Assembly (NCBI GenBank): GCA_050084515.1
Contig: CM114271.1
Location: 43,462,001-43,526,000, forward strand
Source: Blasia pusilla
Lineage: Eukaryota
DNA length: 64,000 bases
Direction of reading: 5' to 3'
Each line of letters begins with the position of its first letter. The first letter of the stretch is position 1. The notes under the pieces are model-generated. The model searched no databases, was not told the DNA's origin, and saw only the letters and a list, made by a program, of their open reading frames with translations. The translations under genes were made by a program, and so were the position numbers. Of the stretch, positions 14,201 to 27,610 are shown in pieces.

Positions 14201-15504
14201 AAATTCTAGCCTTCTCTCAGATAGATGTGCACAGAGTAGGCCGCTCATGGAACTTCGAACAACGAACGCCATAGCTTGTACGGACATGCAACAGCTGTCG
14301 CACGACAACTGATGACGTTTCCTTTCGAGGCGGATCTTCCTGCCACACGGATGGCATGAAACTCGACATCTGCCGATAATTTTTTTCAGGTTTTGGCTCA
14401 GATAGATTTGCGTTGCGGGCCACGTAGGTCGGAAACACTTGGCAGGCTGCTCATGGAAATCCGTACAGCTATATGCAGCCCATCTCTGAACTGTGGGCAT
14501 GAGACTGCAGTTACGGCACTGGGACAGCAATCAGTAATGACAATTTGAAGCAGATCCTTCCTTCCACCGATAGCATGTCGACTTCGCTTCTGCCTGAGGC
14601 TCAGACAGATCCATAGACATAGGCGACCTGGCAGGCTGCTTGTGGAACCCCTAACAGCCCGAACGCTTTTCTTTACATGAAGATGCTGGCGCCATTAATA
14701 ACGATCTCAGGCGGATCCGGATTTCGCAGGCCTTCCTGCCCCATGGATGCCATGTGGACCTTTTGAGCCGCACGCGTGCTTTTCTCCTTGCAAGTCCCAG
14801 ACTCCCAGCTCCGAGGTCTTGGTCTCCGGTATCGGAGCGTATTGTGTTGTACGGGAGACCTTCTGGCCCAACTGCTTTGGATTTGTCCGCATGCGGCGGA
14901 ATGATAATGGTTTTCCGGGGAGAGATGGTGAAGGTGTGACAGATTGCGAATCGTTGGGAGGAAAATGCAGTCCAAGAGCTATATTCGCAGGACCGGCTGT
15001 TAGGGGTCAGTGGTGCGAGAGATGGGAGATTGCGTATCAGCGGTACAGTGCCGTGTACTATTGCCTAGCACATATCTTGGACTATTTGTGGAAGGCCATG
15101 CGGTCATGATCCTTCAGAGAGTTGGTCGGCTACTTCACCATGCGGGTGGAGGACGGGAGATATCCGAAGAATGAATCAGCATTAGGGACGGCGTCAGGTT
15201 CTCATGGCTAGATGACTTCCACACTGCTTCAACTTCAATGAGAACAGGAGGAAGTGTTGCAGACGCCTGTCTCAAATCTCGGAAAGAGACGATTAATAGC
15301 GCTTCTGCTGATCATTCACGGTCACTGCCCATGGTCTCCATCTTTTGGGGTTTTAGGAGTTTCAGACGTTTTCGTGCGTGTTTTGAGCAGTGCAAGGATA
15401 CGCAGATCATTGCGGATAATGAGGAGCCCCGGGAACTCTAGGGTTATGTGATGTGATCAGAGGCGAAGGGATGAGCAAATTTTGAGAGACCGGGCATCCT
15501 CCGC

Positions 15505-16668
15505 ATGGCTCCTCCTCGTAGTTCTCCTCCTCAGGATACTCGACCTACACCCAAAACACAGGACCGGAACGATGCCGCAATTCCCCCTTATTTCAAAGCC
15601 ATATCTGGCTCGTTGGGAGGGGTTGTCGAGGCCTGCTGTCTGCAACCAATCGACGTGATCAAAACGCGGCTTCAGCTGGATCACGCGAGACAGTACAGAG
15701 GAATTGCGCACTGCGGATCGGCAATCATCAAAACGGAAGGAGTTCGAGCTTTATGGAAGGGACTTACACCATTTGCAACTCACCTAACCCTGAAATACAC
15801 CCTCCGTATGGGATCAAACGCTGTATTGCAAACAGCTCTCACTGATAAGGACACTGGAATCCTGAGCAATGGAGGTCGAATGGCAGCTGGATTTGGTGCC
15901 GGCGTCTTGGAAGCTGTTGTGGTCGTTACACCTTTTGAGGTACGTGAGATTTGTGCTATTCCACCTCATTCTTGACGACGGAATGCAGGAAGAGAGACTT
16001 TGCGAATTTAGGCACATTAATATGGATCTCGGAAGCATCTCCCATATCTTTCCATGCTCGGACTTCACAAATAAATTTGGACGGTGGGTGTTGATTCTCC
16101 ACTGAATTCTCAGGTGGTGAAGATTCGATTGCAGCAGCAGAAGGGGCTGTCTCGAGATCTGCTCCGCTACAAGGGCCCAGTCCATTGCGCGACCTCGATT
16201 GTACGTGAGGAAGGTCTGCTTGGTTTGTGGGCTGGGGCAGCCCCAACGGTGCTCCGCAATGGAACCAATCAGGCGCTAATGTTCACAGCCAAGAACTTTT
16301 TCGATAGATTATTGTGGAAAAAGAACGAGGGGGATGGCCGGACACTGCAACCGTGGCAATCCATGACGTCTGGACTACTCGCAGGGGCAGCGGGACCCAT
16401 AGCCACAGGTCCATTTGACGTAGTCAAGACAAGGTTGATGGCACAAACGCGCTTCGCAACAGCGGGTGTTCAAGAACACACTCGATACACAGGAATGGTG
16501 AATTGCATACAGCGCGTATATATCGAGGAGGGCCCGAGGGCTCTGTGGAAAGGGTTGCTACCCCGGTTGATGCGCATTCCTCCTGGCCAAGCCATCATGT
16601 GGGCGGTGGCTGATCATGTCACCGGACTGTATGAACGAAAATTCATACGTCCAGCAGGTTCACGATGA
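15505..16668 (+). CDS. SFC1: Mitochondrial succinate-fumarate carrier (SLC25 family); exons 15505-15939 and 16114-16668, 329 aa
   Basis: Three carrier signatures: PIDVIKTRLQ, PFEVVKIRLQ (across the splice) and PFDVVKTRLM. Plant SFC1-type motifs EACCLQP, KGLTPFATHLTLKYTLRMGSN and RNGTNQA. Phase-0 intron GTACGT (15940)...TTCTCAG (16113). Confidence 0.93.
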
Positions 16669-17179
16669 GTGGATCGCACCTTAAGTCTTCTGTACAAGAC
16701 AAATGAAATCTGAACTACAAGGCGACAGAGCAGTGCTCAAAGATCAAATAGTTGCAAAGAAAACTTAGGGCATGTGCGAGGATTTTTATGAAGAGGTCAT
16801 TTTCACCTGAGTGTTCTATAGTGGAGTGGGATCTACAGAAAGAATACAGGGGTTGAGCAGATTAGTTGGTATTTCCTGGCCGGTCAATTGACCCGTTTAT
16901 GCCAGGGGGCGGAAAGGCCTCATAAATGACAATGATTTTTTACAATCTTTTTCCGAACGTTGGGTGAATCGATTGAGAACTAAGCACTGAACTTCATACA
17001 CTTTATCTGTTATTTTAGAGTATTGGCAATACTGTTGTACCATGCGCATTATTAGCGTCTTTAGTATCCTATGCGATGAATGAGGCCACTGGACGTGGGG
17101 AAGCAGAGAATCGTACTGCTCAATGAGTTTATACAAGGGTACAGATAGTAAAAGTAGCTGCGACGGATATTTCATGTAT

Positions 17180-19802
17180 TTACATGTCCGACTCAAAACC
17201 TATGTTCCAGAATCCAGATGGTGTTGAAGGAGGAAGGTAGTTGAAGCGATGCCTGGACACTGCATCGTGGTGCTCGCACAGGTTCGTCACGATACCATCT
17301 GCATTCCCAGATACCACTGCTTCGTAGAATGCCTTACATTGATCGCAATCAGTTGCCAACAACGCTTCCCTATCACGCTTTTTCCGGACAGGTTCATTGA
17401 ATTTAGGTGTAGGAACCTTGGAGCCATTTATTTTCTTGTCCTTATCAGAGCCACCAGTCTTGTACGCATCTACCGCTACAGTCGATGCCTGCTCTGCTCC
17501 CGCTTTGCATCCCCTTGGAACTTCCATGGCCTTGGCAGAAGGCTCTCGACCCCCAGATTGAGCATGATTGTCTGGGGTCTGAGCATGATGAGTGTAGCCA
17601 GCAGAACAATTTCTGGCGGTTGGCTTGCCAGCTTTTAATGTTGCTAAAGCTTCCTCTCGCGGTGTGTCCAGAAAACTATCATGAGGGTCCCCCCCGTCAC
17701 AGGGTTCAGTCCGAGACCTTGTCTGCCTCCACATGGGCTCCTTACTTTTCTTCAGCCCCTCTTCCTTGCGTATTGTACCAGAAGGCGAATGGCTCGGCAT
17801 CTTGCTTGAAATGGGGACCGCCACTGGCCGATGCTGGGGACTGACCCTTTCCTCAACAGATAGTTGTTTGCCTTTAGTAAAATTGATCGGACAGACAACT
17901 TCTCTTCTTGCACCGGCTGGCTGGAATCCTGCTTTCCCTGTTCCCAAGTCGTCTGTGGGTGCCTGTCGACGTAGAACTGGGAAGGCTTTTGACTCCTTTG
18001 ATCCATCGATTGTTAAGCTTGCATCCATAACAGTCTCGTCAGAATCGCGCTTAGTTCGACTCGGAGCGACCACACTCCCAAATTCATCTGCTTCGGGGAT
18101 CTGAGAGCTGATCACATCTGAGACATGAAAGGGATTGAACTTCCCCTTCAGAGAATTCTCACATGTCACCTGCTTGGCTACCTCTGCATCATGTGGGATG
18201 GAAGCAGAGACAAGTAGTGGCAGCCTACTAGCCGCTTCATCGGCCTCAATGTTGATCCGCCTGATATCCGGTTTTGTTCTCCTACTCGTACCAGTGGAAC
18301 CTGAAGGATGAGACTTCTCTTCGGCGAGTTCGGCAATTGGGGACTTGTCTGCGAAACGAGAAGGTGCCAAAGACTGGTGAGTTACACGGATTCTCAGTAG
18401 TAAGGGCCAACTAGGAAGAAAATCACAGGTGCTCTCTTTGCATACTACAGATCAACAATTTTCAATCTGAGTTACAAGCCCAACGGCGCACTGCAATAAC
18501 CGAGTGGAAAGCGTTGTGCTTCGAAAGCGCACATGAATAGGAGAGCATTAGGGAAAATGGAAACCGCAAAGGGAGAGACGATATAGTGGTCGAAGAGCTA
18601 TTGCACCTAATTGGCATCTGTCACTTGATACGAACAGAATTCAGACATATTCGGACGCAGTACGCCTCGACAGTCACGAATACAAGAGTGCATTATGAAA
18701 GAGGGCACCTCGAGAACAATCAGCAAGACATGAAGACAAAAATACAAACTCAGATGTGTATATGCATCTGGAAAACTACTAATAGATGCTGTTATCGCTA
18801 TGGACAACCATCGTGTACAAGCTTTCAAGAATCCCACTCAAGAATTCACAAGAAATGCATGAATAAATCAAAGGGACTGTCCCACCTAAACGAAAGATGA
18901 AACAGAAGTGTCTTACGATTGTTGTGCGCCGAAAGACTGGGACTGGTTTGCGGGAGTTGCCCCAGTTGCTTCTTGCCAGATGGAAGCTGGTCCAAGAAGC
19001 TCCCATCCTTTACGTGTGCGTGACCTGTCCAAGCTGACAGAGGACTTCCGATATTACGTTCAGAGTGCTTTCCTGGCAAGGACATACGCGAAGATTTGTG
19101 GAAGTTTTTCTCATAGTCAGCTCGCATTTTGTTTAAAGTTTTATTCTCTGCTTGGAGATAGATCTGCTTAGTGGTTGCAAGTCTTGCGGCCTCCTTCAGC
19201 TGTTCGATTTCGTCTGTTAAACGCTGAATTTGCTCCTTATGCTCTACAATACTGGCCACTAACCCACAGTTCTCCTCCAGCAGTTGATCTACTCTTTGTT
19301 GCATCTCTTCGTTCTGCTTATGAAGTTTCTCTTCATCAGTCACAGTGTCATGGAAGGGTCGTGAACTTTTCATGCCTAGATCCAACTCTGTTTGAAATCT
19401 GCACCTTTCTTGCTCTACGAGACTCTGCAATTCATCAATTTCCTGAAGAAGCCGATTTCTTTCAGCCTCACGCTCCACCCCAATTTTTTGGATCGCCTCC
19501 GTGAAGGACTGCTTTTCCACCTTCCTCTCCTTCAGACTATCAGCAAGGTCCTCCTGAAGCTCCGTCACTTTACTTCTTGATTTGGCTAGTTCAGAACGAA
19601 CTGCCGGCCAGAGTTCGTCCTTAAATGTGGTCTCCAAGTGAAGTATGAAGTCCTTCGCATCGACCATGGTCGCCAAAAATATGGTGCAGATATTTGTAAT
19701 AGGCGTATCATCGTAATGCGACATCTTCGACTTGCAGTCGAAGACAGGACCGGGATCGCTCAATCCACCCCCGACCATCATCGAATCATTATTATTACAC
19801 AT
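17180..19802 (-). CDS. COM1: COM1/GAMMA RESPONSE 1 (SAE2/CtIP homolog), DNA end-resection factor; exons 19802-18917 and 18348-17180, about 684 aa
   Basis: C-terminal SAE2 domain EPVRKKRDRE..CDQCKAFY..SRHRF..PPSTPSGFWNIGF and an N-terminal coiled coil. Phase-compatible intron GTAAGA (18916)...TTCTCGTTTCGCAG (18349). The start codon and splice sites are inferred. Confidence 0.87.
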
Positions 19803-21038
19803 CGCGCGACAATCTCACTCGCTCTCCGTACAAGGCACACGCAGAAACTCGCGGTTTGGCTCTTTTCCACATTACTAGCGTGTGAGGAACGACTATCCGG
19901 ATGAACAATCCCAGATCATCTCCCACTATGGAATGTCTCAACCCTGTGCATCCTCAACCGCAATAGAGTAGCACCATCATCTCACCCGTTTTGACGATGG
20001 CGTGGACAAGGAAATCATACTCCAGCGCATCGCAAGGAATATCATCACAAGGGCGCACACCTTTGGCTGCTTGGCAGAAAAATCTCTTCCCTTCCTCTAC
20101 GCACGTCTAACACACGCACTCACTCATTTCTTTGCTCTACCGATAACAACCACTGCCAGTATCACCAGAATACCATCTCATCCATCTTCCTGTCTGTCTG
20201 ACCAAAACAGCCACCACATGTTATCAAATGAACATTGGCAGCGGCCAACGCAATCTCCTGCAACAGCGCGAGCGAAATCAAACCACCTTGTAACTCACCC
20301 GAACAAACACGCGCTACTTCACAAATCGAGCAAGCACGAAATTCAACTAGAATCTTTCCGTCGCAAAATTGAAAATGGAGTTCGCACTCCGTTCGGCAGT
20401 GCGCGTGTTCCGATCCACCTGCTGCAGGGCAGTGGGCGGATACGAGAAGGAATTTGAGCCGGTCCCTTGTGGCGCCAACGCTCTTGAACCTGCAGGAATA
20501 GCGCCTTAATATACGTGGCCTCTTCCTTTGGGGTTCCTTCTGCCCTCCCCGCGAACAGGACAGAAACGAATCACAAGGGGCCACGTACTACCAAGAGGAC
20601 GTGTAACTCGCTTTACTCCGCTCATTGTGGCAAATTTCAACCAGTCACCCCACACGGCCGAACGCCCTAAACTGCCGCGGTCTTGCATTGATTGCGAGAC
20701 CCGGTACCTTCAGCGGGCAGGAAGTTACAAAATAATTTTGCAACTAAATAACTAAGCTCCCTGCATTACACCGTGGAATGCTGGTAGGTTAGCGGGTCAT
20801 GGAGTGCGGGTGCAGAGAGACCCGGATTCGAATACGGCTGCTCTCATCGTTTTGGTATTCCCCCTCACTTGCCTGCCCGCGTTTAAGCTGCCCGGTCTCG
20901 CATTAAATGCGATACCGCACGGCACCAGGTAGCCCCCCCGGATGTTCCAATCCAAGGGCCGGGGAGAACCGGGGCTCCGAGAGGATCTGGCCGACATGTA
21001 TTACGAATTGCCGCCTCCCGGGAAACCAGTATGCTCCC

Positions 21039-21149
21039 TCGTTTTGTTTTGAATTCTTTTTAATCAAAATTCAAGATATACTGAGGTAAAACTCTTCGTT
21101 TTGTTTTGAATTTTTTAACCAAAATTCAAGATATACTGAGGTAAAACTC
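21039..21149. repeat. Tandem duplication of an approximately 56-bp unit
   Basis: tcgttttgttttgaatt...caaaattcaagatatactgaggtaaaactc occurs twice, nearly identical. Confidence 0.9.
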
Positions 21150-23049
21150 GCGGAGGTAACTCGCGGAAGGAACAGAATGAGAACAACAAGAGAGAAGAAA
21201 CTAGAGTGAACAAAAAATACTAATACTATAAACTCTGCCATTGGATCCACCCTCGCGCGCCACCTAAACAGCCTATTCCAACTGTAAACATTAGGCCCAT
21301 GCACATTCACAAAGTGTGCTTATCGCAGAGGTTGGAGGCAAGGTCCACGTAGTTTTTGCAAGAGCAAGAGAACCGGTACATTACCGGTAAGCGTAAAACA
21401 TGACGGTAGATTTTGAAGTTTTCCAGTCCCGGCCAGCTATTTAGATACTAACACGAAGGAGACCCTATAGAATCCATTGGTTTGTGGCCGGGGTTTAAGA
21501 AACCAAAACGGAAATTCTGAAAATCAGCGGGTAGGTCAACACATAACCCAGATTCTCCTAGTTCATTGGTTGGAGGCCTTATCTGTACAGTAGGGGTTGG
21601 AATTGTGGGCTGTATACAATTGGCGCAGTAACTAGAGTGAGTCCAAAAGCATTCATGAAGCTCACACATCTCTATGCACATCAAGGGTTGGAGAGTAGAA
21701 GAATAACTTGCATTTCACAACTTTGCACTCATATTTGACTTGTATTAGGGGCCTTAACCGTATGCGGCCTTGTTTGTGGGTTTAAGATATTAAATGAAGA
21801 ATATTAAACTGGTATGGATACACTAACACGGAGAGTAAAAGAAAATGGAATTGATTATGAAAACAAATGGAAACATAGCCTACAATAAAACACTAACACG
21901 GACATTGTGAAAAAACAATGTTCGGGGTTACTTGTTGAGCCTTCAGGTTTTGACTCTTTGAGTCCCCCTCTTTTGTACTTCCGATGGGTTTTCCATCACT
22001 CGTTTTTATCGAAGTGCATCTTTTCTCTTTTTTCTTGTTGAGCTGGCCGGATGAAATTCAAAATTACTGATTTAGATTCATTTGCCAAAACCGATGGGAT
22101 TTATAGGATCCTCGGCGTGGAATTAGAAATTTTTCAAAATTAACCGACCTGTTTTGTACAAACCATAAGAAAATGAAATTAACACGGAGAGTGGAAGAAA
22201 TGGTATTAAGAAACATACGAGAATTAATTGGATAGAGACAAAAACCTTACGGAAAAATATGAACATAGACCGAGTGGAGAGTGAATCCAAATATATTTAT
22301 TTTGACTCACATCTCCGTGCACATCCGACGGTTGAGAAGTTATTGCACCTAACCAACTAATACGACCTAGTAGTAGGGGCCGTAAAAACCTTGACTGTCT
22401 TTTCGAAAGTCACCTATCCATGCCCGGCAACTGGATGGCTGGGAAACGATGTGTTAGGAGTTTCCTGCTTTCCAAGGGGATCTTTTCGGGAAAGTTCAGT
22501 TCTCGATAAGGCTTGCCGGATTATGGCACCTTCAGAATTTCTAAGGACTAGATTGAAGACAGAACACTATCCGGGTGTCGGAAAATCGAGGAGACCAGTA
22601 GGGTTAAGAGGGCCAAGTGGCAACATATGACTGGACCGTAATCAGATATTCACATCCATTGGATATAGGATGTGAGATTTAGGTTGTTCCTTATAGGGCA
22701 AGCCACCAATAGTGGTCCAAGGCGTGATTGAGGCGTGAGGCCGCATGAGCAATGATAGAAGTCGCATGTCAATTGTTGGGAAGGACGCTCAAGGCGGGAT
22801 TCTGTGAGAAGGAGATAGGGTTCCAAAGGTGGGTAGTGGGTTGAGTGGAGGCGGGGGCTGCCATTTGCATGCCCCTGCGATCTTTAGGGTTTTGCTTTTG
22901 GTTTAGGGTGGGAACTCGTGACTTTAACAAGGTCTTAGGGTACCTTATTCATCTTCGGGATAGGAGAAGATATAACTTGAGTAACGCTCTGAGAGCCCTC
23001 CTCTTAGGCAAGTACATACGCAGATGATTCTTTCCTAGTTGAAGATGAT

Positions 23050-24120
23050 TTGGTCAAGGGATATAAACGGCATCATAAAGATATTTGTAACATCAAACTA
23101 CAATTGATGCAAATTTTACACCATTACAATCCATGTGATTCAACTTCCGTAAGAATATGGGTCCAACAACATTCCTCTTTGGCTTTTTTGTGTTGTGGTA
23201 AAAAAAAACTAGAAGGTGTTTCATTTGGTTAGTAGTTGCAACGCCATGGATGCTTGAGAAGCTTGATACTATGAGCCAAGGAAACGCAATGGGAATAGAT
23301 GTCACTTTTTGAAACTAACTTGTGCGAGGTAACAATCTCTTCAATGATCCAATGTTAAAATATTACGTATTTTAGATAGGGAAGACTTGTTTCTTTTCTA
23401 TTGTTATTCAGAATCCACAAGCCTCCAAGAAAGAACACACTACAATGGACTATGTGCCTTCTAATAAAATCTCCAATAAAATTTCAACATGTCAAAAGTT
23501 CAAAATTCTAATTTTATGCATAATATGTGAACACTTTCATTTTCTTTTAGATATTTCTTCCCAGATCATATTTCTCTACATTTAGCACATCCACAAAACT
23601 TGGATCAAGAACTTGCATATGAGGGTTAGAGATCCTATTATCAAGGCTTGGATGAATAGAGAGATTGTTCAAGTAATGTATACCACAAATGTAGGTAATA
23701 TACATCTCCATCCATCCTCCTAGAGCAACACATATTGCAAACTATTTGAATTTCTATTTCCAACTATTACTATAACAACCAAGCATGAATAGTTCACAAT
23801 AGGTATTTTGAATAACTTGAAAATTTTCAAAAATCTACTCAATCTATAAGAACAATTTTCTTTTTAATTCAGGTCCTTTTTGGTACTTTATAGATCATAT
23901 GGTAGTTGTTGCTAAAAAAGGAAGGATGAAGAATATGTATTTTGTGAGTACTTCCAAATATATTGGTCACCCAGATCATGAGATGGGCCATCTAACATAG
24001 AAGCACCATGATGAGAGAAAATCACAATATAGTTGGTGTTGTGGAGTGTTGGCATTCCATGTTGAAGACTCACTTAAGGGCTTAAAGGAGAACTAAACGT
24101 CAACCCTGCATATCATAGCT
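23050..24120 (+). pseudogene. Decayed Mutator-like (MULE) transposase
   Basis: Remnant motifs DSTSVRIWVQQH, VATPWMLEKL...MGIDVTF (resembles the MULE first-Asp DxTF region) and YFQIYW...GVVECWHSMLKTHL (resembles the ESxHxxLK motif). Interrupted by stops and probable introns. Confidence 0.5.
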
Positions 24121-24939
24121 TTTGCATATGTTAGTGGACGTAGTAGAATTATACTATTGGTATATCTAAAACTTAATGAGGCAAGGCCGCAAGGATATGT
24201 GCAGAATTGAATGTGAACACATAGATTGATATCCTTCTATATTCGGGTTGAAAGAAGGGGACTAAAGGGGGAGGAATGACTTGTCTCACAGGATTGTTGG
24301 TGGGGAAGGGGATACCCTCATTGACTTCACTTTCCCTATTGTAGGAAATATTGAGGATGGCTAGATGCGCAAGGTAGTTGGAGAGGAGGAAATGGTTTCT
24401 ACAATTAGGAACATATTAGAAAAGGTTGAGTATTTTTGTGTACTCATGGAGCATAGTGTGACTTTTCTGCAAGATGTCGTCGTGAAAATCCTTGACTTGA
24501 AACCAAATGTGAGCTCAATTCTACTTACTTTGTTGGCAAAAGAAAACAATACACCTACTCCCTTAGAGAGAGTCCATGGTTCTCATTGGAATTTGCGAAG
24601 AAGAAAGAACTCTATGGATGATATGGTGGATGGTCAAAAAAGGAAAAGAGCCATCCATTCCAATTCAAATATTCACCATGAGTTTTCTACCAATTCTCCA
24701 ATGAAGTTGCATGTTGCCCCTAAGGAAAGATTCATCGATACAAACCAAGAGTTGGACTTAAAAGTGGAAGAGGGAGTGGATATGTTGAAATTGGTCCTAC
24801 AAAGAAAAACTAAGTGAAGAAGAAAAAAGATAGCCAAAAGCTATTCTAACTAAAGGAGTTTTGGATCATTAGGCTGATTAACTCATAGAAGGAGTGTTGT
24901 AGGGTCTTGAGGTGTCCCCAATCTAGAATCTGCTCTTTA

Positions 24940-25480
24940 CTAACTCGTGGAGGTGGACCATAAAGCTCTCAAGCATTGTTGAATTGAACTATATGTGATG
25001 CCCTATGTCTGTAAGAATGATCTAGTGGGAGGAAACGTCAATGTGCAGTGTATTTCATGCTCCTCAAAGCTCTGGAATGCCCACGAGTGAAATGGGGGCC
25101 ACATGCAGTACAAGCCAAATACCCCTTTGTTGCTTGACTTGAAATCATGCCATGGGCTGGATAATCTCCCAAAGTCAATACCAATTGGGCTTGTAGCCTG
25201 AATGGGTTTGGTCTCCCAACCCGTTGTACCACATCATGGATCCAAATTCCTGATTGATCGTCTTCACCAAAGTCTGCAACAAGCTCTAGATCACAAGTGG
25301 GAGACTCTTCACCTCAATGTGAGCATCAATGGCATCAGCAGATTCTGCCATCGATGGCAATACCTTTCCAAGAAATCGAGAGCTTATCCTCTTTGGTCCA
25401 ATATGGAGAGTCTCCCTCTTTGCAGGTCGTCGGGCATGCACTTGTTTAGAACAAGCCTCCACGCTGCACATGAGGACAAG
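24940..25480 (-). pseudogene. CACTA/En-Spm transposase fragment (Transposase_21-like core)
   Basis: PFRLQAQLVLTLGDYPAHGMISSQATKGYLACTACG matches the CACTA DxPA..SG..KG..ACP.C core motif. Confidence 0.75.
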
Positions 25481-25899
25481 TTCCCAAGTAAATGAATTAA
25501 ACACAATGCTTTTGATTCATTCATAAAGGCCCAAACTTGAGTGCTCAATATGTCAAATCTTACAATTCAATGCCTCTCTGTTTCAGTTCTTCCACCAATT
25601 CCTTAAGGCGTCTGTTCACATAAGCCGCGCGGACCTCCATAGGGTCACATATTTCATTCATATTTTCCATCAACGAACTTAAAAAACAAACAACCTGCAT
25701 GTCCCATGAACCCATGCCCAATGATAGAACACACCAAACAAACATTTCTTTGAGAACCCATGGCATCATTAAGTTCCTCTACAATCTCAATGTTGCCTTC
25801 CCATCTTTCTACCCTCATCAATGGTACATACTGACTACCGACAGCTCTAATAAGTTATATTGGGAGCTTTAAAAGCCCCATGGCAATCTAGACTGAACA

Positions 25900-27610
25900 C
25901 CAAAGTATTACTTGATACCCTACGATTCCTCGCCCGCTTGTGGCTACTACTCGCCATCCGGGCTATTTCTCCACATCTAGGAAGAAAGCTTGTTCAACCT
26001 GACTAGGGAATACAAAAGGTTTAGACCATTCATGCTGCATTTGCCTGAAGATTGCTAGTAAGAATCCATCACTATCACGCTGCATTGTAGGTCTAGCCCC
26101 ACGCCAATCTGATCGCACCCAAGTCCCTTTCATGAGACAAAATGTGACAAATCATATGTGACAAAATGATCGTCACTTTGATCTACCACACGGAAGTGGT
26201 TTCCATGGGCTTGCATTCTCTTGTAAGCTAAGACGGACATTCAATCGAATCCATTTTGTGAATGATGGAAATCCCCCTACACCACCCCCAATATGTGCAC
26301 TTTTCTCCATATCATATTTCATGTAGAGGTCATGCCATTATTAGCCAATAGGTATCTGGTGAGCGACAACATAAAAAAAAAGATTAGGAAGTCGGATAAA
26401 TGCAACATCACGTAGGCTTGAGTCATTCAACCCTTTACTTACATCCACCATGGTTACATTACACTAGTGTTTTGTAACACATATTCATTAGCCATCTGCC
26501 AAATATGCCTTGGAAATTGCAATGGGGAACCTCTGCCTTGAAGAACTTCACCTACTGCTCCTTCATCTTCCTTGGCTTGCCATATCCTGGCCTTCACATG
26601 TTCAAACCCCACCATATACTCTGTCAAATATCCCAAGGTCTCGTGCGAAATGTAACCAATTGCCATGCTGGCCTCATGCCTATATCTTTTCAGGATGTGG
26701 TCTTTCAAGACTTTCATAAAACGCTCTAGTGGGAACATCCACCTCGTATAAACATGCCCAAACTATCCAAGCTCTTCCACAACATGGATAATGAGATGAG
26801 TCATCATATCAAAGAAGGCGGGAGGAAAATGGATCTCCAAATCGCACAATAATTATGCCACACCATCTTTAAGCTTGGGAAAGCTTGTTGGATCAGAGAC
26901 CTTCACACATATACGACTAAACATCTTGCACAATTGCATGATTGCATTACGAACCGGCTTCGGCATCAATCCCCTTAAGCATACAGGCAGAATGTGTTGC
27001 ATAAGCACATGATAATTGTGTGTCTTCATACTACCAAGTTTCTTGTTTTTTACATGCTTTTTGACGGCACCTGCATAGCCGGTCGGAACTCTCAGAGATT
27101 GAAGCCTCAGATGAAACGTTTTCCTCATTGTGTCTATGCAAACATAAGGTGTCGGTATTTCAATACCACCTTGGGTCTATTCTCATCATCCTTCAACCAC
27201 AATTGAGACCGTATTCTCTTCTCCTGGAGATCCAATGGTACTGCAGCTATGTCCTTCTCCCTAGAAAGGAACCTCAATAGTGACTCCCATACATTTTTCT
27301 CAATATGCATTACGTCTAGATTGTGTTTGCTAGGGTCGAACTCCTGTTACATCACATATGAAAACCATGAGTACATATGGATGATAAACAAGTAGCCTCA
27401 ATTCTTGAAAGCATCTAGTGTGGATGCTTACTTTCATAGATGTTACGTACCAGCGGATGTATGACATAGATTACCCGCCAGTAGTTCAACTCCACATCAA
27501 GTATGCTTGTCGTTTCACACCATATCTCTGTCCCGGATCCCGTTGAGCATTTGGAGCTTCTTTATTGTGGCGTTCAGATCTATTATCTAAACCCTCATCC
27601 TTCAGTCAGA
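25900..27610 (-). pseudogene. CACTA/En-Spm transposase C-terminal part (DUF4218- and DUF4216-like)
   Basis: KHNLDVMHIEKNV (near 27290-27330), SLRVPTGYA..GSMKTHNYHVLMQHILP, FPPAFFDMMTHLI, WMFPLERFMKVLK, and PFVFPSQVEQAFF near 25980-26020. Confidence 0.85.

Noticed and set aside
20002-20755. Overlapping 60-150 aa ORFs upstream of COM1
   Set aside because: No recognisable motifs; consistent with 5' UTR or promoter sequence.
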